A stretch of DNA of 64,000 bases from Oscillospiraceae bacterium (GTDB lineage Bacteria; Bacillota; Clostridia; Monoglobales; WRAG01). The DNA is taken from contig WRAG01000006.1 in assembly GCA_009780345.1 (NCBI GenBank), forward strand, positions 547-64,546, written 5' to 3'. The notes beneath the pieces are model-generated. The model worked only from the letters and a program-made list of their open reading frames with translations. It ran no database searches and was not told where the DNA came from. Both the position numbers and the translations under genes were made by a program. Of the stretch, positions 28,329-39,000 are shown piece by piece; positions within the stretch are counted from its first letter, which is position 1; every line of letters begins with the position of its first letter.

Positions 28329-30830
28329 TTACACCAGCAAACTACGCTGATCCAATACCGCATACCATGTTATCGGGCCGATAATTCCGTCGGCGACAAG
28401 TCCTTGCCAACGCTGAAACGCGCGAACCGCTTCTTCGGTTCTTGGTCCGAAGATTCCGTCAACGGCAATGAGCGGCAAGTTCGGATTTAACGCGCGAACA
28501 TCTACCAACGCTTGCTGCATAAACCGCACATCGTCGCCGCGAGAGCCGTTGCGCAGGAAAACTCCGGGATACGGACGATTCGCGTTTGGCGGTGTCGGCG
28601 GCGGAGTGGTGGGCGCAATAGGATTGCCCGCAAGTATACTTGCATAAACTTCCACAATTCGGTTCCATGTAAGCGGACCGATAATTCCGTCGGGATTTAA
28701 TCCGTACTGCCGCTGAAACGCGCGAATCGACGCATCTGTAAGCGGGCCGAAGATTCCGTCCGCGGTTAACGCAGGCACATTCGAGTTCACCCTGCTGATC
28801 GCGGTGAGATATGTCTGCATAAGCCGCACATTGTCGCCTCTCGCGCCTTGCCGAATCAACGTTCCCGGATATGGTGGGGGAACAAATGGTCCCGGTGGTG
28901 GGGGCGGCGGTGTAACAGGCGGCGTTGGAGGCACCACAGGCGGCGTGGTCTCACTTCCGTCCTGCAAAGATTCGTAAACGTCGAAAATCTTATTCCAGGT
29001 AATAGGCCCGACAATTCCGTCCGGAACTAAGCCGAACTCTCGTTGGAACGCGCGAACCGACGTATCTGTAAGCGGCCCGAAGATTCCATCCACGTTTAGT
29101 GGCGGTATACTTTGGAAAGATCTGCTTATCGCGGTGATATAAGATTGAATAATTCGCACATTTTCGCCGCGCGAGCCTTGCCGGGTCAGCACTCCCGGAT
29201 ACGGCGGACGAACCCAGCTCGGCGTCCCCGGCGGAGTAACAACAGGCGGATGCGGAATATTGGTGTTTCGGTCGATTCCTCTGTAAACTTCGTATAATCT
29301 GCCCCAAGTAAGCGGGCCGACAATTCCGTCAACGTTCAATCCGAAACGGCGTTGAAATTCTCTGATCGAATTTAACGTGCGCGCGTCAAAAACGCCATCC
29401 TCGATAACCGACGGAACTTCGGGATAAAATCGCGATACGATATTGAGGATAAATTGCAGCTGCAGAACATCCGTGCCGCGGGAACCGCTCCGCAAGACGA
29501 CATTCGGCGGACGCTCGCCAATAGTATTTCTTATTCCCTCGGAAGTCAACTCCGCAAGATCGGTTACCGCGACAAATATGAAATTTATTCGATTCCATGT
29601 CGCGGGACCGACCACTCCGTCGACAGTTAAGTTGAACGTGCGTTGAAACGCCCGAACCGCGGCATCGGTTTGCGCGTCAAACGTTCCGTTCGGGGTTTCG
29701 ATTCGAGGAATCGCGGGGAAATTTACCCGAACTCGGTTAAGCATATTTTGCATTCGCCGCACAGAGTCACCGCTGCTACCTAATCGCAACGCGGTTCCGG
29801 GGTAAGATGCGGCAATTCCGCCGATATTATTGCTGGTAATCAACTCAACATCCCGCGGATAGTACGAGCGCAAAATTTCAAGCGGCGATAGACCGCGATT
29901 GGCAAGGGTTACAGACCCCCATTGCGACATACCGGGGCAAGTTGCGGTGGTTCCGTTGCAAAACTCGGTGAAAAACGGATCTTCAAAACCGATTCGGCGA
30001 ACGTATGTATTGAAAACTTGGTCAACCATTTGACTGATGTTTTGGAAAACCTGCCCGCCGTATACGAACATCATATCGTTTCGGGTGGAATTGGTTATGT
30101 CGAAATTATATCCGCGGCTCCTGTACCACTCGGTGTAAATCCTGTTCAAGGTGAATGTTACAATAGCGTGGATATTTGCCAGTATTGCGTTCCGCGGCCA
30201 CGTTGCATAAATTTCGTGCGAGGTGACGTTTTTTATGTAATCGGCGAAACGGACGCGGACGTTTCTCGCCGACGTGTTGGAAAAATGTCCGAGGTGAACC
30301 GTTATAAACTCGGGAATTCGAACGCCTGTGCCGATTGTTCCGCCAACTGTCGCCGCACTAGCTGCCATTAGCGGAGGATCAATCGCCGCCATAACGTTTT
30401 CACCCGATTCAGGCGCGGGCGGCGGCGGAACGGCTTGCAAATGAGGTTCCTTGCTTAAAAGCGCGTGCTGCGGAACGTCTATGTACTCGTCGGTTTCAAC
30501 CATATTGCCACTCGAAAGCGGCGTCAACTCTTCGGTTAGAATGGAAGTTTCTCCATCCTCGACGTAAATGCCGCTTATGTGCCGCGTCACATATCCCGGA
30601 GCTTTTATAACAACATCGTATGTAGAATATGGAATTCCTTTGTAATTCGGCATAAGCGTATATTGTTTATCCGGTGCGCTTAGGCGGAATATGCCCGATT
30701 CTCCGCTTTCGTCTGTTGTACCTTGATGAATTATTCTTCCGTTGGGATTTGAGACAATGACCGTTGCGCCCGGTATCGGCAGCGCGTCATATGCGGTATG
30801 AACCTCAACCTTTAAATATCCCGTACCCAT
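28329..30830 (-). CDS. sleC: SleC-like spore cortex-lytic enzyme with about five PG-binding domains
   Basis: IPEFITVHLG, FADYIKNV..EIYATWP, NRIYTEWYRSRGYNFDIT, CPGMSQWGS; repeated DGIFGPLT..VRAFQ..GL..DGIVGP.TW. Confidence 0.8.
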   Translation of the reverse strand: MGTGYLKVEVHTAYDALPIPGATVIVSNPNGRIIHQGTTDESGESGIFRLSAPDKQYTLMPNYKGIPYSTYDVVIKAPGYVTRHISGIYVEDGETSILTEELTPLSSGNMVETDEYIDVPQHALLSKEPHLQAVPPPPAPESGENVMAAIDPPLMAASAATVGGTIGTGVRIPEFITVHLGHFSNTSARNVRVRFADYIKNVTSHEIYATWPRNAILANIHAIVTFTLNRIYTEWYRSRGYNFDITNSTRNDMMFVYGGQVFQNISQMVDQVFNTYVRRIGFEDPFFTEFCNGTTATCPGMSQWGSVTLANRGLSPLEILRSYYPRDVELITSNNIGGIAASYPGTALRLGSSGDSVRRMQNMLNRVRVNFPAIPRIETPNGTFDAQTDAAVRAFQRTFNLTVDGVVGPATWNRINFIFVAVTDLAELTSEGIRNTIGERPPNVVLRSGSRGTDVLQLQFILNIVSRFYPEVPSVIEDGVFDARTLNSIREFQRRFGLNVDGIVGPLTWGRLYEVYRGIDRNTNIPHPPVVTPPGTPSWVRPPYPGVLTRQGSRGENVRIIQSYITAISRSFQSIPPLNVDGIFGPLTDTSVRAFQREFGLVPDGIVGPITWNKIFDVYESLQDGSETTPPVVPPTPPVTPPPPPPGPFVPPPYPGTLIRQGARGDNVRLMQTYLTAISRVNSNVPALTADGIFGPLTDASIRAFQRQYGLNPDGIIGPLTWNRIVEVYASILAGNPIAPTTPPPTPPNANRPYPGVFLRNGSRGDDVRFMQQALVDVRALNPNLPLIAVDGIFGPRTEEAVRAFQRWQGLVADGIIGPITWYAVLDQRSLLV

Positions 30831-30947
30831 TTTATCAGCTCCTTTTCGGTCTTTTGACCATTATTATTTAATTTTTCATACAATCATAATATAGTTAAAT
30901 AAAAAAAACGTTACAATTGTAACCACAATCATAACGTTTTTCTTTTT

Positions 30948-32303
30948 TTAGCGAAGTAAGCGCGCTTGCTCAAACAATTTCTCTCTATCATTCAGCTCAG
31001 GATTTTCCAGTACGATATCCAGTAATTTCTTCAAAACATCGCCAATCTCTTTTCCCTCGGGAACGCCAAGTTCAATCAAATCTCGCCCACCTATCGCAAG
31101 ATCGGCAATCGTGAGCGCCTCTTGGTTTTCCTTGATTTCAAAGTAGATTTTTCGCAGGTCGGCGGCAAGTTTTTGCCGTTCGCCTGAATATTCGGGGTTT
31201 TGCGACAATGTATCCGCGATTTTCAAGTCCAACAAATCTAAAAACAGCGTATCATCGACTTTTTCGGAGTGTTTGAGCAGCTTATTAATCGCGCGTTTGA
31301 CGGCTTTTTTTTCAGGATTGATTTGCGTGTCGTGATATTTTACAAGCGGCAAAACGGCGTCCTTGATTTTGTTGCTGTACTTTAGGCGACTTAGGAAATT
31401 TTGCGCAAGTTCAACCGAAATTTCGCCGTGCCCGTAAAAATGATCAACGCCGTCTTCGTCTGTCGTGCGCGTCGCGGGCTTTCCCCAATCGTGCAACAAC
31501 GCCGCAAGGCGAACGTTCAACCGCTTCGGCGTGTTTTCCACCGCACGCAGCGTATGCTCGCCGACGTCGTAAATATGGTACTTCGTATTTTGCTCTGTCG
31601 CGAAACACTGCACAAATTCGGGAAATATAAACTCGCCCAACCCGGTATTTACAATGGTTTCAAGGCGGCGCGGATTATCGGATAACAATATTTTATCAAG
31701 TTCGGCGCGAATTCGTTCGGCGCTTATATTTTGGATAAGCTGAGCATTCAAGCAAATGGCGTCGTAGGTTTTCGGCTCGATTTCGAACCCAAGCTGCGCC
31801 GCGAAGCACACGGCGCGCAACATGCGAAGCGCGTCCTCGCGAAATCGCAGGCTCGCGTCGCCGACACAGCGGATCATGCCATGCCGCAAATCATCAATAC
31901 CATCGTATAAGTCGATAAGTCCGCCGCTTTCGTTGTACGCCATTGCGTTTATCGTAAAATCGCGCCGCGCGAGATCGTCGGACAAGTTTGGCGTAAATAT
32001 AACGCTGTCCGGTCGGCGATTATCGGTGTAATCACCGTCGATACGGTAGGTTGTGACTTCAACAATATCATTACTGCCGAATATCACGCCGACGGTACCA
32101 TGTGCAGAGCCGATGTCTACGCTTTTCGGGAAGATTTCGAACAATTGCACAGGCAACGCGTTGGTGGTAACGTCCCAATCGTTCGGTTCTTTTTCAAGCA
32201 GCAAATCCCGAACGCACCCGCCAACAATGTAACCCTCGAATCCGTTGGTTTCGAGGGTTTTTAGAATATATATAACATTTTCGGGCAATTTAAACATTTT
32301 CAT
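30948..32303 (-). CDS. cca: CCA-adding tRNA nucleotidyltransferase with HD domain
   Basis: VGGCVRDLL, DWD, RRDFTINAMA, EDALRMLRA, LLHDWGK. Confidence 0.92.
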   Translation of the reverse strand: MKMFKLPENVIYILKTLETNGFEGYIVGGCVRDLLLEKEPNDWDVTTNALPVQLFEIFPKSVDIGSAHGTVGVIFGSNDIVEVTTYRIDGDYTDNRRPDSVIFTPNLSDDLARRDFTINAMAYNESGGLIDLYDGIDDLRHGMIRCVGDASLRFREDALRMLRAVCFAAQLGFEIEPKTYDAICLNAQLIQNISAERIRAELDKILLSDNPRRLETIVNTGLGEFIFPEFVQCFATEQNTKYHIYDVGEHTLRAVENTPKRLNVRLAALLHDWGKPATRTTDEDGVDHFYGHGEISVELAQNFLSRLKYSNKIKDAVLPLVKYHDTQINPEKKAVKRAINKLLKHSEKVDDTLFLDLLDLKIADTLSQNPEYSGERQKLAADLRKIYFEIKENQEALTIADLAIGGRDLIELGVPEGKEIGDVLKKLLDIVLENPELNDREKLFEQARLLR

Positions 32304-32307
32304 AAAC

Positions 32308-33486
32308 TCACCGTTGTTCACGTTCGTCGTCGTACGTTTTTTTCACTATTTCATATCGATCCACCGAACGTTGTATCACCTTATTCCATGGCAAAAATAC
32401 TTCTTCGGCGGCAGTTGCGGCGATTGTTTCGAGATTCTCACGATTCGAGAACGCCTTTTGTATGGCTTCCGCCACACTTTCGGCAGTTTCGGCGGCGAAA
32501 AAGCCGGTAACTTCGTCTTCTAAAATCTCGGAAGTTGAGCTTCCGCGCACCACTACCGACGGGCAAGAACAAGCCGCCGCCTCGCGCACAACAAGCGGCG
32601 CGTTGTCGTATACCGACGGAAACAGAAACAAATCCGAGCGGGTATAATAAGCTTTCAACATCTCTCGATCATTCACCCGTCCGGCGAAGTGTATAACGTC
32701 GTCAAGCCCTTTATCCGCCGCAAGTTTTTGCGCTTTCGGCAAATCTTCGCCGTCACCCACGAAAATCATACGAAATTCGAACTGTTGCCGCCGTAGAATG
32801 TCAAGCGCTTCGATTATCAGTCCGATATTTTTGTACATCATCATTCGCCCGACAAAAAGCATGGTCGGAACGTCATTCGGCAGGTTAAACCGCGTTTCAA
32901 TGTCCGCCAAAAATTCGGGATTAACGTTTCCTTGCGAGAAATCGGTTCCGTTCGGCATCACTATATATTCGCCGTCGTAGCCGTGTTCGTTTAGGTATTC
33001 GCCCGTGCCGCGGCTAACCGTCCATACTTCGTTCGCGGCGCGAATGTTGTTATACGCAAAGCGCAAAATGTTGTTTTGCAACAACTTCCCAGGAACGGCG
33101 CGCTTAATATCAAAATCCCATTTCGTATGCTGCGTAAACACGATCGGAACTTTCAAAAAATACCGAAGCTCGCGCGCGATGGTCATGGCGGTAAACGGGC
33201 TGTGAACATGAAGAATATCAATGTTCATCTTCTTCAATTTCGAAGCCAGCGTCGGAATAAACGGATGCCCCGCGCGGTATTCGGCATACGGCAAGCCAAT
33301 CGACACAAACCGATAAACGGGGAAAGGATAATTGTATTTCGCCTTCGGCACCTGCGGCGCGATAACGATACAATCACCGTAATCTCCTTCGTACAAGGAT
33401 TTAGCGTATCCCAAAGCACACTTACTTACGCCGTCCACCATAGGCGGGAAAGAATCCGTAATTATAGCAACATTCAATATGCTCAC
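32308..33486 (-). CDS. GT4 family glycosyltransferase
   Basis: TDSFPPMVDGV, HVHSPF, LFVGR, FPSVYDNAPLVVREAAA. Confidence 0.9.
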   Translation of the reverse strand: MSILNVAIITDSFPPMVDGVSKCALGYAKSLYEGDYGDCIVIAPQVPKAKYNYPFPVYRFVSIGLPYAEYRAGHPFIPTLASKLKKMNIDILHVHSPFTAMTIARELRYFLKVPIVFTQHTKWDFDIKRAVPGKLLQNNILRFAYNNIRAANEVWTVSRGTGEYLNEHGYDGEYIVMPNGTDFSQGNVNPEFLADIETRFNLPNDVPTMLFVGRMMMYKNIGLIIEALDILRRQQFEFRMIFVGDGEDLPKAQKLAADKGLDDVIHFAGRVNDREMLKAYYTRSDLFLFPSVYDNAPLVVREAAACSCPSVVVRGSSTSEILEDEVTGFFAAETAESVAEAIQKAFSNRENLETIAATAAEEVFLPWNKVIQRSVDRYEIVKKTYDDEREQR

Positions 33487-33492
33487 CTCTCG

Positions 33493-33597
33493 GTTTGCGT
33501 GAAATCACGCAATCTTCCGCCGAAAACGCATGGTCGGGTATCTTGTATACACGCTCCCATGCGTTTTCGACGAAATATCACGTAATTTGACGCAAAC
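33493..33597 (+). repeat. Intergenic repeat family C, copy 1 (105 bp)
   Basis: gtttgcgt...acgcaaac termini; near-identical reverse complement at 43040..43144. Confidence 0.88.
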
Positions 33598-33635
33598 TTA
33601 GTTTGTGCTTTTGTAATTTCACGCAAATTCGCAAA

Positions 33636-34193
33636 TTAGCGAACTCGCTTGATAATATGATACCCAAACACCGACGGGACGATTTCGCTTATTTCGCCCA
33701 CCGCAAGGGCGAACGCCGCGTCTTCAAATTCGGGAATCATTTCACCTCTGCCAAATGTATATCCACCCGGGAACATAGCCGTGCCGGGGTCAATCGAGAA
33801 TTCCCACATTAACTCGTCAAAGTCGATTCCCGCCCAAAGCGCTAATTCAATAGCCTCGGCTTGCTCATATGTTTCAACCAAAATATGCTTCGCCGTAATA
33901 TGTCCGATTACATATACGGTGTAGTTATCGCTATCCCATTCAACGACAAAGCCGAACGTTTCCATCATTGCTCGAAGAGGAATGAAAGTTCGATCGTTGT
34001 AGATCATAGGTTCGATAGGATTTCCCCGGTCGTCGTTAAGCTCCATTGGAAAGTCCATAAAATATACGTTAATCCCGCCGCGGGCAATATTAATCGTCTC
34101 CAAAGCCGGCGCGGCAAAAACCGAGCCTATAACCAAAGCCGTTACGATAACTCCTACCAAAAATCCTTTGAAATTCTGTTTGATAATTTTCAT
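33636..34193 (-). CDS. Secreted protein: copper-amine-oxidase N-like (stalk) domain plus parvulin PPIase
   Basis: YNDRTFIPLRA..VEWD; AKHILV, SIDPG, MIPEFEDAAF, FGYHIIKR. Confidence 0.85.
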   Translation of the reverse strand: MKIIKQNFKGFLVGVIVTALVIGSVFAAPALETINIARGGINVYFMDFPMELNDDRGNPIEPMIYNDRTFIPLRAMMETFGFVVEWDSDNYTVYVIGHITAKHILVETYEQAEAIELALWAGIDFDELMWEFSIDPGTAMFPGGYTFGRGEMIPEFEDAAFALAVGEISEIVPSVFGYHIIKRVR

Positions 34194-34322
34194 TTGTACA
34201 CTACCTTTCGCTCATTTTATTATAATTTTAATGGTAGTATATCACATTCGCGCAAAAATTACAATATGTAAATTAATTGTAAATTAATTGACATTATCTT
34301 ACGATTGTGATATTTTAGAATT

Positions 34323-35117
34323 ATGATAAATATTACGAGTAAAGATAATAAAATATTGAAACATACGAAGAAGCTTTGGCGTTCTTCATATCGTGCGAAG
34401 TCGGGCGAGTTTGTCGCGGAGGGCGAGCGATTATGCGCCGAGGCGCTGACTTACGGCAAACCTCAAATTTCCTATGCCATTTTGACCGACGAGTTTGTGC
34501 GGCAAAACGTGAATTTTCAAAAAAAGCTTGACGATTTGGGCGTTTGCGTATATACTGTATCCGAAAAGCTGTTTTCGATGGTTTCGCAAACAACCACTCC
34601 GCAAGGAGTTTTGTTGGTGATTCGTATTCCTGATGGCAAAGCGCCGAACTTCGCGGATTTGAGTCGGGTTTTGATACTTGATGGAATTAACGAACCGGGG
34701 AATATGGGAACGATTATCCGAACCGCCGACGCATTTGGATTTTCGACGATTGTGTTGTGCAACAGTTGCGTGGATATCTATAATCCTAAGGTTGTGCGCT
34801 CTAGTATGGGCGGAATTTTTCGGACGAAGTTTATTAATGCGCCAAATGTTTCAGAAACCATAGAAAGCATAAAAAACGCAGAATTTCAAGTGGTTGCGAC
34901 TGCGATAGAAGAAGCGGTTGATATAAATACCGTTCATTTCACCGAAAAATGCGCGCTTATTATCGGAAACGAGGCGAGCGGCGTATCGGACGAGCTTTTA
35001 ACATTGTCCGACAAGAAGGTGAAAATTCCAATGGCGAACGAAACAGAATCGTTAAACGCCGCGGTGGCGGCAGGGATTGCGATGTTCAAAGGATGGAGCG
35101 ATATAAATGGAAAATAA
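34323..35117 (+). CDS. TrmH/SpoU family RNA methyltransferase
   Basis: EPGNMGTIIRTADA, IIGNEASG, IPM..ESLNAAVA. Confidence 0.93.
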   Translation: MINITSKDNKILKHTKKLWRSSYRAKSGEFVAEGERLCAEALTYGKPQISYAILTDEFVRQNVNFQKKLDDLGVCVYTVSEKLFSMVSQTTTPQGVLLVIRIPDGKAPNFADLSRVLILDGINEPGNMGTIIRTADAFGFSTIVLCNSCVDIYNPKVVRSSMGGIFRTKFINAPNVSETIESIKNAEFQVVATAIEEAVDINTVHFTEKCALIIGNEASGVSDELLTLSDKKVKIPMANETESLNAAVAAGIAMFKGWSDINGK

Positions 35118-36351
35118 TATACTTTATCAGCTTTGGTTGAACTTGCGTTTAGGACATGATCATTATAAGGTGGATAAGGCGATTCGCCTGTTTGACAGCG
35201 CGGAAAACATTTATCACGCCGAAAAATTGGATAAATCGAGAATTTTTCATCTTGGGCTTGGTTCGCTTTTCGCATTTCGAGATAAAAGTTTAGACGAGGC
35301 AAAGCGAATCGTCGAAGAATGTGAAAAAAAGAACATTCAGATGATTACCATGGACGATGAGCGGTATCCCAAGCGATTGCGGCAAATCCCGGGGCATCCG
35401 AGCATACTGTACGTTAAAGGCGAACTTCCGGACATTGACAATCTTGTCACAATCGGGATTGTCGGAACGCGGATTTGCACGCCGTACGGACAAAAAATGG
35501 CGCACGATATAGCATACGAGCTTTCAAAGTGCGGCGTTTTGATTGTTTCGGGAATGGCGGACGGAATTGACCGTTGCGCGCATGTTGGCGCGCTTAAAGC
35601 GGGCAAGCCAACTGTTGCGGTGCTTGCGGGCGGTGTTGATGTGATTTATCCCCGCACGAACAAGGATTTGTATGATAAAATTCAAGAGCCCGGTTTTGGC
35701 GCTGTAATTGCCGAAGAGCCGCCGGGATATCCGACAAAAGGGTTTAAATTTCCGATTCGCAACCGAATTATTGCCGGACTTTCGATGGGGTCGGTTATTG
35801 TTGAAGGTTTGAACCGAAGCGGCGCGCGACATACCGCGAATTACGCGCTTGAATTTAATCGCGACCTATTCGCCGTGCCGCATAACGCAAGCACGTCGAC
35901 GGGACAACTGCCTAACCGCTTAATCGGTGACGGCGCGAAGATTACGCGCGGCGCGTTTGACGTTTTATCGGAATATTTGGCGGAATATCCTGAATTGTTA
36001 GTAAATAATCTTGACAAAGACAGTATTCCGGAGTATGAGTATAGAGATTACAGCGCAGATAAGCGACGAGGCGGCGGCATGCGAAAACAAGCGGCACCTG
36101 CGCAACCGAAACCGACTGCGCCGATTGTTAAGCCAAAACCGGCAAGCGTTGAGCAAATTCCTAAATACAGTGAGTTGAATAACACCGAGCAAATGATTGT
36201 AAAATACATATACGATCACGACACAACGCATATAGACGAAATTATACGAGGAAGCGAACTTGATGTTACCGCAGTAAATAGCGGCGTTATGATGTTGCAA
36301 ATGAAAGGTGTAATTGCCGAGTTACCGGGGAAGAAATATACGTTGGCGTAG
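35107..36351 (+). CDS. dprA: DNA-processing protein DprA
   Basis: IVGTR, VSGMADGID, FPIRNRIIAGLS; upstream of topA. Confidence 0.95.
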   Translation: MENNILYQLWLNLRLGHDHYKVDKAIRLFDSAENIYHAEKLDKSRIFHLGLGSLFAFRDKSLDEAKRIVEECEKKNIQMITMDDERYPKRLRQIPGHPSILYVKGELPDIDNLVTIGIVGTRICTPYGQKMAHDIAYELSKCGVLIVSGMADGIDRCAHVGALKAGKPTVAVLAGGVDVIYPRTNKDLYDKIQEPGFGAVIAEEPPGYPTKGFKFPIRNRIIAGLSMGSVIVEGLNRSGARHTANYALEFNRDLFAVPHNASTSTGQLPNRLIGDGAKITRGAFDVLSEYLAEYPELLVNNLDKDSIPEYEYRDYSADKRRGGGMRKQAAPAQPKPTAPIVKPKPASVEQIPKYSELNNTEQMIVKYIYDHDTTHIDEIIRGSELDVTAVNSGVMMLQMKGVIAELPGKKYTLA

Positions 36352-36812
36352 GGGTTTTTGCGCCTGCGGCGCAAGTTTTTAGGGCGTTGCCCTAAAAACC
36401 ATTATTCAGAGCAAGGCTCTGTAGTCTTTTGCCCTTGTCAGGGCAGGACGACAAGGATTTATCGAAATCCTTGTCAATCCACGAAAAACTTTTAAAAAAG
36501 TTTTACAAAACAGGCGGCGCAAACGCGCTATGGCGCTATTAAAAGCGCGCCGCTTAATTGAGGATTGCAATCAACATCCATTTAGTCAAGTACGTACGGC
36601 GGCAAAAGCCGCAATCTCGACTGACAGCGACATTTCATCTCGCTAATCTTTCCGCGAACGCGGTTAGCTAACCAATGCTTTTATCGTCGCCGCTCGCGGC
36701 ACAAATCGCCGTTTTTTGGCGTTTGTGATCGCCAGGCGACCGGGATTATTAAGGGTAGAACCCTTAATGCCCGTCCGGCAGGACACAATGCCCGCAGAGC
36801 CTCGCTCTGAAA
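36352..36812 (+). repeat. Intergenic composite repeat family B between dprA and topA
   Basis: 40-bp core at 36514-36553; ttcagagc..ggctctg / cagagcctcgctctgaa IR; blocks shared with the 27.4-kb and 39-kb copies. Confidence 0.8.
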
Positions 36813-36875
36813 AAGAGCTACAAAGGCTTCGCTCTAACAAAATTTGATATTAAAGACCATAAGGAGATCACATAA

Positions 36876-38984
36876 ATGCCAAAAAAATATTTAGTTATTG
36901 TAGAGTCGCCTGCTAAGGCGAAAACTATTAAGAAATATTTGGGAAGTAACTACAGCGTTCTCGCGTCAATGGGACATTTGCGGGACTTGCCCAAAAGTCA
37001 GTTCGGCGTGGATATCGAAAATAATTTCGAGCCGCGCTATATTAATGTGCGCGGGAAAGCGCCGCTTATCAACTCGCTTAAAAAAGAGGCGAAAGCGGCG
37101 GATAAAGTGTTTCTCGCAACCGACCCTGACCGTGAGGGCGAGGCGATTTCGTGGCATTTGGCGCATCTTTTGGGGATTGACGAAAAATCCGATTGCCGAA
37201 TCGCGTTTAACGAAGTTACCAAGACCGCTGTAAAAGCGGCGGTAAAAGAAGCGCGCGCGATTGATTTGGATTTGGTGGACGCGCAACAGGCGCGGCGGAT
37301 TTTGGATAGAATCGTGGGTTATCAGTTGAGTCCGCTGCTTTGGAAAAAGGTAAAACGAGGGCTTAGTACAGGACGTGTTCAGTCGGTTTCAACTCGGTTG
37401 ATTGTTGATCGCGAGGCGGAAATTGACGCGTTCGTAAGCGAGGAATATTGGACGATTGACGCGCATTTGACGAACGACGGCGGAAAGTTGCCGTTTATCG
37501 CGAAGTTTCACGGAACGGCTGATGGGAAGAAGTATCCTTTGCCGGACGAGGAAACAGTACGCGGAGTTGAGAAAGATATTAAGGGCAAGGATTATACGGT
37601 GAAATCGGTTAAACGTTCGGAGAAGAAGCGAAATCCCGCGCCCCCGTTTACGACGAGTACGTTGCAGCAGGAAGCGTCACGGAAGCTTAATTTTATGGCG
37701 CGGCGCACAATGATGGCGGCACAACAGCTTTACGAGGGAATCGACATCAAGGGAAAAGGTTCGGTTGGTTTGATAACTTACATGAGAACCGATTCACTGC
37801 GGATTGCGACGGACGCGCAGAATGAGGCGCGTTCGTTTGTCGCGCAAACTTATGGAAATGAATTTATCCCCACGACACCGAGGGTTTACAAATCGAAAAA
37901 AGCGGCGCAAGACGCGCATGAGGCGATTCGCCCCACAACTATGGAATTCGCGCCGGACGATATTAAAGCTTCGCTGACCGCCGATCAATACAAGCTTTAC
38001 AAGCTGATTTGGAATCGCTTTTTGGCGTCGCAGATGTCGAGCGCGATTTTGGATGCTGTTTCATCCGATATTTCGGTTGGGAATTATATTTTTCGGGCGA
38101 CGGGTTCGACGATAAAATTTCCCGGGTTTATGAAAGTTTATATCGAGGGAAAAGACGGCGACGAGGAAAAAGAAGGCAAATTACCGGTGCTTACCGAGGG
38201 ACAAATGCTTAAATTGAAAGAATTGGTAAGTAAGCAGCATTTTACGCAACCGCCGCCGCGATATACCGAGGCGACGTTGATTCGCGCGATGGAAGAAGAG
38301 GGGATTGGACGTCCGAGTACGTATGCGCCGACCATTACTACCATTACGGCGCGCGGATATGTCGCGCGAGACGGGAAAAACCTGTTTCCGACCGAGCTTG
38401 GAAAAATTGTTACCGATTTAATGAAAGATAATTTTAAAGATATTGTCAACATTGAGTTTACCGCGCATATGGAAGAGCGGTTGGACGAAGTGGAGCATGG
38501 GAATACCGATTGGAAAAGTATTTTAAGTGACTTTTACACGCCGTTTGCCGCGACTTTGGCGGAGGCAGAGGAGAAAATCGGACATATTGAGATTAAAGAC
38601 GAGGAATCTGACATTCCTTGCGAAAAATGCGGACGAATGTTGGTTTATAAACAGGGGCGGTTCGGGAAGTTCCTTGCTTGTCCGGGGTATCCCGAGTGTA
38701 AGAACACTAAGTCGATTACCGAGGAGGTTCCGGGAGTTGTTTGCCCGAAGTGCGGCGGGAAGATTTTGGCAAAGAAGTCGAAAAAGGGCATAAAATACTA
38801 TGGTTGCGAGAAAAATCCGACCTGCGACTTTATGACATGGGACGAGCCGACGGCGGAAAAATGTCCGAAGTGCGGCGATATGGTGCTGAAAAAGCGGGCA
38901 TTCCGCGGGAAAGGTCCATTGCAGATGGTGTGTTTGAGCGAGAATTGCGATTACAAGGAAATGGTGAAGAAGAAGGAGAATTAG
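36876..38984 (+). CDS. topA: DNA topoisomerase I
   Basis: IVESPAK, ATDPDREGEAI, GRVQS, ITYMRTDS, C-terminal zinc ribbons. Confidence 0.98.
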   Translation: MPKKYLVIVESPAKAKTIKKYLGSNYSVLASMGHLRDLPKSQFGVDIENNFEPRYINVRGKAPLINSLKKEAKAADKVFLATDPDREGEAISWHLAHLLGIDEKSDCRIAFNEVTKTAVKAAVKEARAIDLDLVDAQQARRILDRIVGYQLSPLLWKKVKRGLSTGRVQSVSTRLIVDREAEIDAFVSEEYWTIDAHLTNDGGKLPFIAKFHGTADGKKYPLPDEETVRGVEKDIKGKDYTVKSVKRSEKKRNPAPPFTTSTLQQEASRKLNFMARRTMMAAQQLYEGIDIKGKGSVGLITYMRTDSLRIATDAQNEARSFVAQTYGNEFIPTTPRVYKSKKAAQDAHEAIRPTTMEFAPDDIKASLTADQYKLYKLIWNRFLASQMSSAILDAVSSDISVGNYIFRATGSTIKFPGFMKVYIEGKDGDEEKEGKLPVLTEGQMLKLKELVSKQHFTQPPPRYTEATLIRAMEEEGIGRPSTYAPTITTITARGYVARDGKNLFPTELGKIVTDLMKDNFKDIVNIEFTAHMEERLDEVEHGNTDWKSILSDFYTPFAATLAEAEEKIGHIEIKDEESDIPCEKCGRMLVYKQGRFGKFLACPGYPECKNTKSITEEVPGVVCPKCGGKILAKKSKKGIKYYGCEKNPTCDFMTWDEPTAEKCPKCGDMVLKKRAFRGKGPLQMVCLSENCDYKEMVKKKEN

Positions 38985-39000
38985 GACGAATGCCCTAAGG

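Noticed and set aside
35107-38984. dprA as a partner of the GTA-like cassette
   Set aside because: dprA-topA is an ordinary conserved gene pair, so proximity is not evidence.
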